Virus record (IMG/VR): IMGVR_UViG_3300011334_000532 | Span: 1-25,591 of that record | DNA length: 25,591 nucleotides | DNA from: a virus | Taxonomy: Duplodnaviria; Caudoviricetes | Direction: 5' to 3' (one strand) | Shown: positions 15,373-23,408 of the stretch, in pieces | How positions within the stretch are numbered: position 1 is the first letter of the stretch | Layout: the number at the start of each line of letters is the position of its first letter | Position numbers and translations under genes: made by a program | The notes under the pieces: model-generated | Told to the model about the DNA's origin: nothing | Seen by the model: the letters and a program-made list of their open reading frames with translations, nothing else | Database searches by the model: none

Positions 15373-15572
15373 GCACGAAATATTTCACTTGGGATCTTCC
15401 AGAGCCAAAGGCTCTTTTGCGTGTCTCAGATTCTGGTCATGAGCTTTTCGATGGCTCTACCTGGGGCCCAACCGGGTTGGTGCTCGAATATTTCGCCGGT
15501 GAACGTCATGACATTGATCCGATCACCGAGGTTGAAGCGCGATCAGAGTTTGTCTTAGCTTTTAAGAATTAG
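15369..15572 (+). CDS. Candidate immunity protein for the RSH-type toxin domain (IapK-like, 67 aa)
   Basis: Small and acidic; KY...LLR...E.FD...W...D..ITE.EA matches my recollection of Apk2 immunity proteins; adjacent to the toxin locus. Confidence 0.6.
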   Translation: MSTKYFTWDLPEPKALLRVSDSGHELFDGSTWGPTGLVLEYFAGERHDIDPITEVEARSEFVLAFKN

Positions 15573-15856
15573 AAAACAGCATCCTCGGGAAGATTTTGAT
15601 CCCATAGAGCTTCAATATCAGGGAAATTTTCAAAAGTTGCAGATGGATAGAGTCTTGCCAGGATCAGCGCAGTCGCTTCACTAGAGCTGACCTCAGCTGG
15701 GAGAGTTGGTCCAGTTGGCGTGACGAGCACTCCATCATTTTGAAACAGCTCACGCAAAACTTCGACAATAACAGCTCCAGATCCTTCAAGGTAGGGCGAA
15801 GCATTAGACCAGGACACTGTCCAGTCTTGCGCTTTAGCTGTCCAATTAGAGGACAC
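15569..15856 (-). CDS. Small acidic protein coupled to the MuF gene; candidate immunity protein/partner of the zincin domain
   Basis: Start overlaps the end of the MuF gene; VTPTGP motif; acidic C-terminus. Confidence 0.6.
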   Translation of the reverse strand: MSSNWTAKAQDWTVSWSNASPYLEGSGAVIVEVLRELFQNDGVLVTPTGPTLPAEVSSSEATALILARLYPSATFENFPDIEALWDQNLPEDAVF

Positions 15857-18671
15857 TCAACACCCCAATCAAGAAGTCTCGGAAATCGTCGTCCAAGTCT
15901 ACTGCACCGCCACCAAAGTATTTCGATCCGGCCAGAAGTGATTCGATTCCAGTTGTGAAAACTTCCCAGGATCCTTCTGGACTTCCTTCGTAGACTTTTC
16001 CAGTGTAAGGGGTGGTCCAAGCGTCAAAGACTGATTTTTCGGTCCTGCGATAACCGCTTCCAAGCCATTTTTCAGGCTCGAATTGGTCGCCCTTTGGCGT
16101 AGTAATTAAAGCTCGGCGGGAGTGGAATGCCCATTCCATCTCACTGAGACCAGGGACGGTCTTTTCCATTGAGTGGCCTAGTTCGTGGACAGCGACAGCA
16201 AAGTAGCCCTTGTCATCAACGACACCAGTCTCAAAGTGTTGCGACAGTCTGATTTCATTTCCACCGCGATTGTATCCGCGACCTGAAGAGCCGATTGAAA
16301 TTTCATCATATTGCGCGTTCACAGTATCGATCCAGTCGCGAGGAAATGAATCATCTGCGAATTTCATTGCATCGGCTAATTCATCAGAGACAGCTCCGCC
16401 ACGAGCTCCAACGTAAGAAGTGACTCTTCCATCCATTGAACGAACTTCGGATAGAAGCTTGAGGGTCTCTTCTCGTTGAATAGTGCCGAAAAGTTTTGTT
16501 CCCGGCACAATCTCGCCGGAAATCTCTTTGACCTGCTTGACGGTTGTCTTGAGATTCTTTGTCACCAAGAAAATGTCTTTGTCTATTTTTGCCACTGCCG
16601 GATCGATTCGACTGTAAAGATTGGTCTGAATGTCGATCCAACTGAGGCGAGAATCTTCGTCGCTGAAGCTTCTGACTCGTGACTCTGTTTCAAAATTCCT
16701 TCGAATTCTAAGCCGCTCGACGTTTCTCTTTTCCGTTAATTCTTCAAGAGTTTTTTCGAGCTTCTTCTGAGCTTTGATTGCATCATTGATCTCATCGATA
16801 TTTCGACCAAGGGATTCAGCCTCGATTCTTGCAGCGATTCTCAGATCAAGCTCAACTCTGAGAGCTTTTCCTGCCTCGAGAATTTCGTCGAGATGGGCGC
16901 TTGCTTCTGCGCCAACTCTTTGTTTCATTTTTCCTCGTCCGGCACGAATGTAGTCGCCGGCATCAATCTCGCCTCGTCTTAGAAGGTCGAATTTCTTCTG
17001 AGTTCTGAATGAATTTCCCCAGATTTCCCGAGCCTCAGGGACTGTGCCGTACTGATTGACTGTTGGTGTGATTCCGGTTGTCTTTTCGAATTCCTTGAAA
17101 AGTGCCTGCTTGACAATCTCATCATTTTTCGAGGTGGCAATTTTGAGATCTTTTTCCCAACGCTCAACGAAATCTTGCGCCTTCTTTGCTTCGGCAAGCT
17201 CCGTGAGCTCGACCGGAGTCAGATCTCTTCCACCCCTGCGACCGATCCGAGACCGATCCGCCGGAAGTCTCTTCTTAGCATCATCGAATTTTTGTCTCCA
17301 GGGAGCAACTGGCTTCGGCGCAGCTGCGGCACTTCTTGAGCCAACTGTTTCGATGCCTTTAGGGACTGGAATTTTTTTGGCAGCTGCAAAGCTCTGGCGA
17401 TCGTATTCAGCAAGCTTGAGCGGATTCTTCTCTTTACGTGCGAGCTCATAGATTGAGTGAAGTTCGCCCTCTTTTACCTCAAGAGACTTGCCAGTGTGTA
17501 GCTGAAGCTCGAATTGGGTGCCATCGGGAGCGGTGACTTGGATATTGATTCCCTGGTAAGGGTTATCGTCGACATTCCAATAGTTTTTGACCTTGAGTGT
17601 GTGACCTGATTCTTCAAGCTCATCGATGATGGCTTGTGCTCCGGATACGTATTCATCATCTGGCAGCTGCATCGTGTAACGATTGACGTCGAACATTTTT
17701 CCGCCGACTTCTTCAGCGGTGACGAGGCCCTTGCCCTCTTCGACGTCTTTGAGAATTTTTCGGGTGAGAGAATCTTCGCCCTTGAGTCGATATTCAAGAC
17801 CTTTGAGTTCGGCGTTGTTTTTAGCTGCAAGAGTTTCCATCTGATCGGTAAGAGCTGGCTCGATCTTTCGGGCCTTTTCGACCAGGTCACTTGCAACAGC
17901 TCGCGCCGAATTGATCGGCGTTGGTTGGACTTTGATGTCGTAGTAATTTCGCCAGGCTTTGACAGCTGCGTTGTTACCATCTCCACCGGCGAACTTGCCT
18001 GAGATATTTTCATCGTAAGCGCGGCGAAATTCTTCAGCTCGACCAGGCCAGGGAGCACTTGCATCAAAGACAGGGACAGCGGTGCATCCGCAACCATCAT
18101 GAGACTTGAATTTTGAAGTGCCTTCAGATTTGTAAGCCGGTCCTCGAGATGCCAGGAGAGCGCAGAATGCGCAAGGCTTGCCATCTGTAAGTCGAGCCCA
18201 TCCGATCGCGTACCTGTCTCGAGCTACTGACTTCCGAACAGTCTCGCGTCCGCCATCAATGGTGTGACGTTGTGCAGCTTTTGAAACTCCCTTGAGAGCT
18301 GACTGTTTTGCAATCAATGGATCCACGCCAGCCGCAAGATTCTTCTTCATTGCAATCGGTCCGGTGACAAGGAGAGAGGTGAATACCTTGTCGACGTCTG
18401 GGACTGAATCCAAGACCGGAGTGAATAGATCTCCGAGATCGTAATCTTTGCGGATGCCAGAGTAGAAGGCAGATCCAAGAGCTGAGCTCATGGTGCGTCG
18501 AGCTGTGATCGATGAATAGGCAGACTCAAAGAATGGCCCAAAGCTTCTGTCAATATTGTTGACGTCAAGCAGTGGGAAAGCCTTTGCCATGTCCTGGACT
18601 GCGAGAGCTTGAAGCTTTGCCTGAGCTAAGCGATGAGACTCTGCAAGTCTTGCCTGTTCAACGAATCCCAT
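15846..18671 (-). CDS. MuF-type minor head protein fused to an Apk2/Tas1-like RelA/SpoT synthetase domain and a C-terminal HExxH metallopeptidase
   Basis: Directly after the portal. N-terminal WAR...CAFCALLASRG..Y...HDGCGC..VP (MuF); then GLEYRLK..SL.RK, D..RYT, KNYW, YQGIN, FELQLHT, H.IYE (RSH synthetase); coiled coil; AVHELGHSME...EVFTTG.E (zincin). Confidence 0.85.
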   Translation of the reverse strand: MGFVEQARLAESHRLAQAKLQALAVQDMAKAFPLLDVNNIDRSFGPFFESAYSSITARRTMSSALGSAFYSGIRKDYDLGDLFTPVLDSVPDVDKVFTSLLVTGPIAMKKNLAAGVDPLIAKQSALKGVSKAAQRHTIDGGRETVRKSVARDRYAIGWARLTDGKPCAFCALLASRGPAYKSEGTSKFKSHDGCGCTAVPVFDASAPWPGRAEEFRRAYDENISGKFAGGDGNNAAVKAWRNYYDIKVQPTPINSARAVASDLVEKARKIEPALTDQMETLAAKNNAELKGLEYRLKGEDSLTRKILKDVEEGKGLVTAEEVGGKMFDVNRYTMQLPDDEYVSGAQAIIDELEESGHTLKVKNYWNVDDNPYQGINIQVTAPDGTQFELQLHTGKSLEVKEGELHSIYELARKEKNPLKLAEYDRQSFAAAKKIPVPKGIETVGSRSAAAAPKPVAPWRQKFDDAKKRLPADRSRIGRRGGRDLTPVELTELAEAKKAQDFVERWEKDLKIATSKNDEIVKQALFKEFEKTTGITPTVNQYGTVPEAREIWGNSFRTQKKFDLLRRGEIDAGDYIRAGRGKMKQRVGAEASAHLDEILEAGKALRVELDLRIAARIEAESLGRNIDEINDAIKAQKKLEKTLEELTEKRNVERLRIRRNFETESRVRSFSDEDSRLSWIDIQTNLYSRIDPAVAKIDKDIFLVTKNLKTTVKQVKEISGEIVPGTKLFGTIQREETLKLLSEVRSMDGRVTSYVGARGGAVSDELADAMKFADDSFPRDWIDTVNAQYDEISIGSSGRGYNRGGNEIRLSQHFETGVVDDKGYFAVAVHELGHSMEKTVPGLSEMEWAFHSRRALITTPKGDQFEPEKWLGSGYRRTEKSVFDAWTTPYTGKVYEGSPEGSWEVFTTGIESLLAGSKYFGGGAVDLDDDFRDFLIGVLSVL

Positions 18672-18674
18672 GGA

Positions 18675-20027
18675 CTACGCCTGAGGAGTCGTGATTGCCT
18701 GCGGCGTATTCTGTCGCTGTATGTCGCCCAGAAGAGCGCCGAAGACGTCTCCTTGTGTGCGAAGTGTCTTCCAACGTTCGACGTCTTGATCTGTGACCCC
18801 TGGAATTCTTTCCCAAGCTGCTTCAGCTGGGACTCCGAGCATCTGGACCATCTTTCCGAGTGCATCGACAGTCTGAGCAAGAGAACGCGCTTCAGTATCG
18901 CGCCAACGAACTTCTGAAGATTCATCTTGAGCAGAAGCTACGTCTCCGTCAGCTGCGGCAGCTAGGCGAAGCACCTGCTCCCAGCTCTCGCCGAAGATTG
19001 TTTCGTACTCACCAATCTTGCGCTGAGTCGAAGCTTCTGCCGCTGCAAGTGCATCAGCTGAAAGGTTGACCAAGTCGCCGAGAAGTACGTGAGGGGGAGT
19101 CTGTGCAACAGCTGCCATCGAGCGAACTGTTGAAGCATAAGTTTCCAAGTGTCCTGAGACTTCTGTCTGATCGAAATCTCCGAATTTTGCATCTGGTGAA
19201 TCTGTCACCCAAAGACGATCGACAGCTGACTTGAATGGTTCAATCGGCTTGCCATCTTCGGCGACAGGGATCGCAAGACCGGTCGCCCAGCGCTGACGGA
19301 AAGATGCGTATTGAAGCGCGATCATCAATGAGAAGACGCTTTCGTTGACGCGATCCTGAATCGTCATCAGAGGAAAGATGATTCCCTTTGAATTGTCTGA
19401 AAGAGAGCTTCGGAATCGCACGAGTGGAGTGACTCCGAGGTTGTGCGATTCAGTGAGTAAAAGTTGAGGCTTGTCGGAATCTTTTCCGATGCGAAGTGTG
19501 TAGGCGGCTTCATTGTCGTAAAGGCGCCAAAGTTTTCCGGCTCCATCATTGCCAGATTCGACGAGTGCGTAGACAGGCCACTCATCATCTTGATCGGCAT
19601 AGAGAGCATGTGTGCGAGTTGGTGAGAGAGGACGGATCAGCGGTGATCGATCACCTGGTAGGACTAGGACATAGCTTGCGCCATATTCGAGAGCTCCGCG
19701 ATGAGTGATTGTCTGACGTGCATCAAGACCGTTGGCTTGCCAGTATGTCCAGGGAGCGGCGTTGTCGTATGCCTTCGCTGGTCGGTATCCATCAACGAAG
19801 AGTCCCTTTGCAAAGGTGTCGGCGATGAGTGGAAGCCAGTTGGTGATTGATCTCTGAGCGAGGTGTTTGTATTCGCTCTTCGCAGTCTTTGGCATGTAAG
19901 GGAAATCGTGATCTCCAGCCAGGTAGCGCTCGATCTTTCCAATACGGCCATCTCGAGACTTGAGATGCTTTTGATGCTCGATCATTTCAGCTGCGAGACT
20001 CTCAACAGCTGCGGTGGTCATTGCCAC
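18675..20027 (-). CDS. Portal protein (SPP1 gp6-like)
   Basis: Start re-called at GTG 20027 (or ATG 20021) after GAGGAG; YLAGDH, NWLPLI, WQANGLD, NLSADAL, FGESW, VRWRD. Confidence 0.93.
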   Translation of the reverse strand: MAMTTAAVESLAAEMIEHQKHLKSRDGRIGKIERYLAGDHDFPYMPKTAKSEYKHLAQRSITNWLPLIADTFAKGLFVDGYRPAKAYDNAAPWTYWQANGLDARQTITHRGALEYGASYVLVLPGDRSPLIRPLSPTRTHALYADQDDEWPVYALVESGNDGAGKLWRLYDNEAAYTLRIGKDSDKPQLLLTESHNLGVTPLVRFRSSLSDNSKGIIFPLMTIQDRVNESVFSLMIALQYASFRQRWATGLAIPVAEDGKPIEPFKSAVDRLWVTDSPDAKFGDFDQTEVSGHLETYASTVRSMAAVAQTPPHVLLGDLVNLSADALAAAEASTQRKIGEYETIFGESWEQVLRLAAAADGDVASAQDESSEVRWRDTEARSLAQTVDALGKMVQMLGVPAEAAWERIPGVTDQDVERWKTLRTQGDVFGALLGDIQRQNTPQAITTPQA

Positions 20028-20047
20028 TTCGAGCTCCTCTCTAATAG

Positions 20048-21679
20048 TTAGAAGCCAACGAGACGACCAGTTGCGACTCGGCGCTTGCCGATGACGTTTT
20101 CTGCGAGGGCTCTTTGGCGTGCCATTCGTGCCAATACGAACGCAGCCAGTGCGTCGACTTTGTGCGGGGATTCCCGCGATTCTTTTCCGAAAGAGACGCC
20201 CCATCGATTGGGACGTCGGCGTGCATTTTTGATGTGACGACCTAGCTTTAGATCGCCATCGTGAGGAGACTCTCCATCAACGATCGCTCGATTGAGTGCT
20301 TCAACGGCTCTGACTGTGTCGGCTGCGTGGCCGCGCATATCCCAGGCGATTGAATGTTTGATTGTCGCTTTGATCAGTAGCTGCTCGCCGTACTGTTCGC
20401 GCCAGTAGTCGACGTCTGTTTCCCAGTACGCAACGTCGGAGAAGAATCCGATGACGTCGTAAGTTGAAAATGTATGAGCGACGATGTCGCGGACTTGGTC
20501 TTTGGGTACGTGCCAGCCTTGACCTTGCGGACCTGTTGGCTTTTCCCAAAGTCCGAGAAGGAATGGAGCACCATCTGAGAGTCGACATGCAACGAGTGCG
20601 GTCGAGTCATCAGTCAAAGATCCATCGAAGCCGAGAGTGATTGCTTCACCTTCTGTCAAAGGTTCAAGATCTTCGCGGACGTTGGCATCCCATTCAGCCG
20701 GTGAGATCCAGGCATCAGCTGCGGCGACGATTTGATTTAAGTAGAAGCGTCGAGATTCTTCAGGGGGAGTGCCAGGGTCGTAGACCTCATCTGCGATTCG
20801 TTCGAGATCAACCCAGGAAGCATCTCCGTAGCTTGCTTTCAATCCTTGGATCAAAGCCGGACGATCTGCAAGTTCGATGTCAGCTGGCGCTTCTCTTGAA
20901 TCGTAGAGAAGACCTGTTGATTTACTGCGCCCCTCTTGAATCGAGAGGAAATCTTGGTAGGACCTTTCGGCTACCGATTCCTCCCCTGGTGCGTGAGCGT
21001 TGGTTGTTTCGATTGCTCGAGCTGCGCCATCTCTTGACTTTGCGAGGTTGCGTCGAATAACGCGAGCCAGCTTTGCGCCACCATTGGACTCGGACCAGTG
21101 ATGTGTCTCGTCCATGACTGCGAAAGATGGGCGAGCACCTTCAGCGCTGGGAGCTGATGCTGTGATTGGGACAAGGCGACCGCCTCCTGGTGTATAAATT
21201 CGAGTCATGCCGACGTCGAGACCATATTCATCGACGAGAGCTGATCCATCGAGCATCGAGAGCACAACGCTCATCGTGTTTGTCGTCTGGACTTCAGAGA
21301 CACCGGCAAGGTTGATCCATGGCATCGAGTGGGGGATTGCAACTGGTGACTTCTGCTTGCCTTTGCCAGTCCAGCCATCGAATCGACAGGGACCGACAAG
21401 CTCGACAAGACAGATCGCGCCCAAGAATGGCGACTTGCCCCATCCTTTAGATCGGCGAAGCACAGCTCGACGAAAAGCAAAGCGCCCAGCTTCATCGATT
21501 GCGTACCACCAAAGAAGGAAGTCTTCTTGCTCCCTGGTAAAGCTGAAAGGCTCGCCGGCATTGGGTCCATCTGGCTGAAGTAGAAAATTTTCTACCCAGT
21601 CGATGATCTCGTATCCGAGGGAGTATTGAGGAAGTCCCTCTGGACGAGTGATGACCGCACCGTGACGGTCAACGATCAC
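20048..21679 (-). CDS. terL: Terminase large subunit
   Basis: Walker A RRSKGWGKS, Walker B AVMDETH, RRFYLNQ, nuclease LGFDGS..DDSTAL and KVDA. Confidence 0.97.
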   Translation of the reverse strand: MIVDRHGAVITRPEGLPQYSLGYEIIDWVENFLLQPDGPNAGEPFSFTREQEDFLLWWYAIDEAGRFAFRRAVLRRSKGWGKSPFLGAICLVELVGPCRFDGWTGKGKQKSPVAIPHSMPWINLAGVSEVQTTNTMSVVLSMLDGSALVDEYGLDVGMTRIYTPGGGRLVPITASAPSAEGARPSFAVMDETHHWSESNGGAKLARVIRRNLAKSRDGAARAIETTNAHAPGEESVAERSYQDFLSIQEGRSKSTGLLYDSREAPADIELADRPALIQGLKASYGDASWVDLERIADEVYDPGTPPEESRRFYLNQIVAAADAWISPAEWDANVREDLEPLTEGEAITLGFDGSLTDDSTALVACRLSDGAPFLLGLWEKPTGPQGQGWHVPKDQVRDIVAHTFSTYDVIGFFSDVAYWETDVDYWREQYGEQLLIKATIKHSIAWDMRGHAADTVRAVEALNRAIVDGESPHDGDLKLGRHIKNARRRPNRWGVSFGKESRESPHKVDALAAFVLARMARQRALAENVIGKRRVATGRLVGF

Positions 21680-22122
21680 TTCGAAGCTTCTCGCTTTGCA
21701 ATGCGATCGCGTGCCGATGATCCTGGTGCAAGCGATAGGACTTGCGCGCTCTTGGTTTCAGTGCGTTCGACGTTCATGCGAGCTCGTTGACGATCGACGA
21801 TAGTTGCACCGAGGCGCTCCTCGTTGAGACGGATCTCCGAAAGAAGCGTCGCCTTTGGCTCTGCCAGGTAAAGCTCGAAAATGAATGCGACCATTCCAAG
21901 ACGTAGCCAGTCGGTTGCAATGAACGACTTTGCCTGGGGTGAAGTTCTCCAAGTGTCGTACCATTTCAAGACCATGGGTGGAAAGTTTGTTCGACCGGTT
22001 AGGTCTTGAAGCTCTGGCCCAAGCTTTGCACCATCATCGACAAGATCAGTCGTTGCGATCGGATCCGGGATGCGGTGTCTGCGTTGGTCAGCTGGTTTCG
22101 GTGCGGGGCCTCTGCCTGCCAT
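21676..22122 (-). CDS. terS: Terminase small subunit
   Basis: MAGRGPAPK start, WYDTWRTSP...TDW, EIRL....GAT..DR.R; overlaps terL; AAGGAGG SD. Confidence 0.9.
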   Translation of the reverse strand: MAGRGPAPKPADQRRHRIPDPIATTDLVDDGAKLGPELQDLTGRTNFPPMVLKWYDTWRTSPQAKSFIATDWLRLGMVAFIFELYLAEPKATLLSEIRLNEERLGATIVDRQRARMNVERTETKSAQVLSLAPGSSARDRIAKREASK

Positions 22123-22213
22123 GGTCTTGCCTCCTTCTCGCTACTTAGCGACGAGCTCTTGCTCTCTAATATAAAGTAACCAGTTTCAACACGTTGTCAG
22201 GTGAGGGAAGTAA

Positions 22214-22456
22214 CTACGAAAGAAGAAGCTTTGCTTCCTCAGCGCTTATTCCTAAGCGGTCAAGAATAACTTGACGCTGAGTGGCATTTAACTTTTTGGC
22301 TTGCTCTACCATCAAAGCCTCTTCCTCGATTTTGAGACGCAATTCTGCTCGTTGTGCAATTTCAATTTCAGTAAACTGGCGCTGAGTTAGTTCACCAGTT
22401 TCAACGTTATGTTCAAAGACGATATTTTCATTCATTGTCATTTTTTCCTCATTCAT
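22214..22456 (-). CDS. Small fibre-associated/chaperone-like protein
   Basis: HNVETGE...R..TE.EIA and ILDRLGISAEEAKLLL; follows a fibre-type gene. Confidence 0.7.
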   Translation of the reverse strand: MNEEKMTMNENIVFEHNVETGELTQRQFTEIEIAQRAELRLKIEEEALMVEQAKKLNATQRQVILDRLGISAEEAKLLLS

Positions 22457-23091
22457 TATTTAACTCCGTAAAGTGTGTAAGTTCCAGCAGTGAAAAATGG
22501 ACCACCCTGATTTATTGAGATTGAAGTTACGGCATTGTTGCTGAACCATCTGCTTTTCGTGTCCATTACGCCTGTGTAACTGTAATATTCGACTCCACCA
22601 AAACCACTTACGATTTTGTTTGCGGCTGTGTTTGTGTAATCGTGAATGATGAACTCTCTGGCAGTGTTATTAGCCGCCTGGGGTAAGTCGAATTCTCCAT
22701 AAGTCAAAGAAAGATAGGTCGTAGTCCAAGCACGCACTCTAGTTACATTAGCATCGGTTCCACCGTAAGTGTCATTCATTCCGATGTTTATGGTTTGAAA
22801 GTTTACATTTGTAACATCATTAAACTGAAGAGTCAGATTAGACTCTATATAAGCACCTTGTGCATTTTTTATAATCAAACGCAAGTCTTTGTAATTTTGA
22901 GAAATGTTTGTAAGTGAGACAGAACTGCCACTCAGTGTTCCAGTTGCTAGTTGCGTCATCGAGCCACCACCGCCGCCAGAGGGAGCCGGGTAGCCATTGG
23001 GGAAAGTCACTGCGCCGGATATGCCGTCAATGACAACCGATGGAGTCGCGAGGTTGGGATGCTGGCTGTTTCCTGTTTTTAGCGTGCTCAT
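22456..23091 (-). CDS. Putative receptor-binding/fibre-tip beta protein
   Basis: Gly linker, then MTQLATGTLSGSSVSLTNISQNYKDLRLII...TSISI...FTAGTYTLYGVK; Thr/Asn/Tyr-rich. Confidence 0.65.
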   Translation of the reverse strand: MSTLKTGNSQHPNLATPSVVIDGISGAVTFPNGYPAPSGGGGGSMTQLATGTLSGSSVSLTNISQNYKDLRLIIKNAQGAYIESNLTLQFNDVTNVNFQTINIGMNDTYGGTDANVTRVRAWTTTYLSLTYGEFDLPQAANNTAREFIIHDYTNTAANKIVSGFGGVEYYSYTGVMDTKSRWFSNNAVTSISINQGGPFFTAGTYTLYGVK

Positions 23092-23101
23092 GTGTTTTCC
23101 T

Positions 23102-23407
23102 TTATCCGATTAACCAAGTTGAACCACTTGGGATTGTTGAGATTGCACCATTTGAAATTGTTACGGGTCCCACACTGAAAGCGTTATATCCTTCGGGGAT
23201 TGAATAGTGGTTAGAGATTGTCTTGAGATTGAGTGCGGCTGGTTCAATGCTTCTAAAATATGAAAGTGCGGTCCATGTTGAGGAGCCATTACCAATTTTG
23301 ATTTTGCCGCTATCTAACTCAATGCCCATTTCGCCTTGAGCGAGAATTGGATTATTAGCGGTCCAGTTCGCAGATGAATCCCTACGAAATTGAATTTGTA
23401 TACTCAT
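23102..23407 (-). CDS. Protein with an Mtd-N/hyaluronidase-N-like fibre domain (101 aa)
   Basis: Start re-called at ATG 23407; IQFRRD....W...NPILAQGEMGIELDSGKIKIGNG..TW..L.Y; C-terminal SVGPVTI..G...TIPSGSTW. Confidence 0.8.
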   Translation of the reverse strand: MSIQIQFRRDSSANWTANNPILAQGEMGIELDSGKIKIGNGSSTWTALSYFRSIEPAALNLKTISNHYSIPEGYNAFSVGPVTISNGAISTIPSGSTWLIG

Positions 23408-23408
23408 T

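Noticed and set aside
17474-18184. 236-aa alternate-frame ORF inside the MuF gene
   Set aside because: Ser/Leu/Lys-rich, no recognisable motifs, and fully overlapping a frame with clear conserved domains; consistent with a codon-bias shadow
20028-20204. N-terminal extension of the portal ORF in the track
   Set aside because: Overlaps terL by about 157 bp; a good SD precedes GTG 20027/ATG 20021
22123-22213. Possible promoter upstream of terS (CTGACA-N16-TACTTT on the minus strand) and a small hairpin
   Set aside because: Weak consensus and suboptimal spacing; not supportable without TSS data
23102-23407. Possible diversity-generating retroelement suggested by the Mtd-N-like domain
   Set aside because: No reverse transcriptase and no template/variable repeat pair seen in this window; Mtd-N is a generic fibre domain
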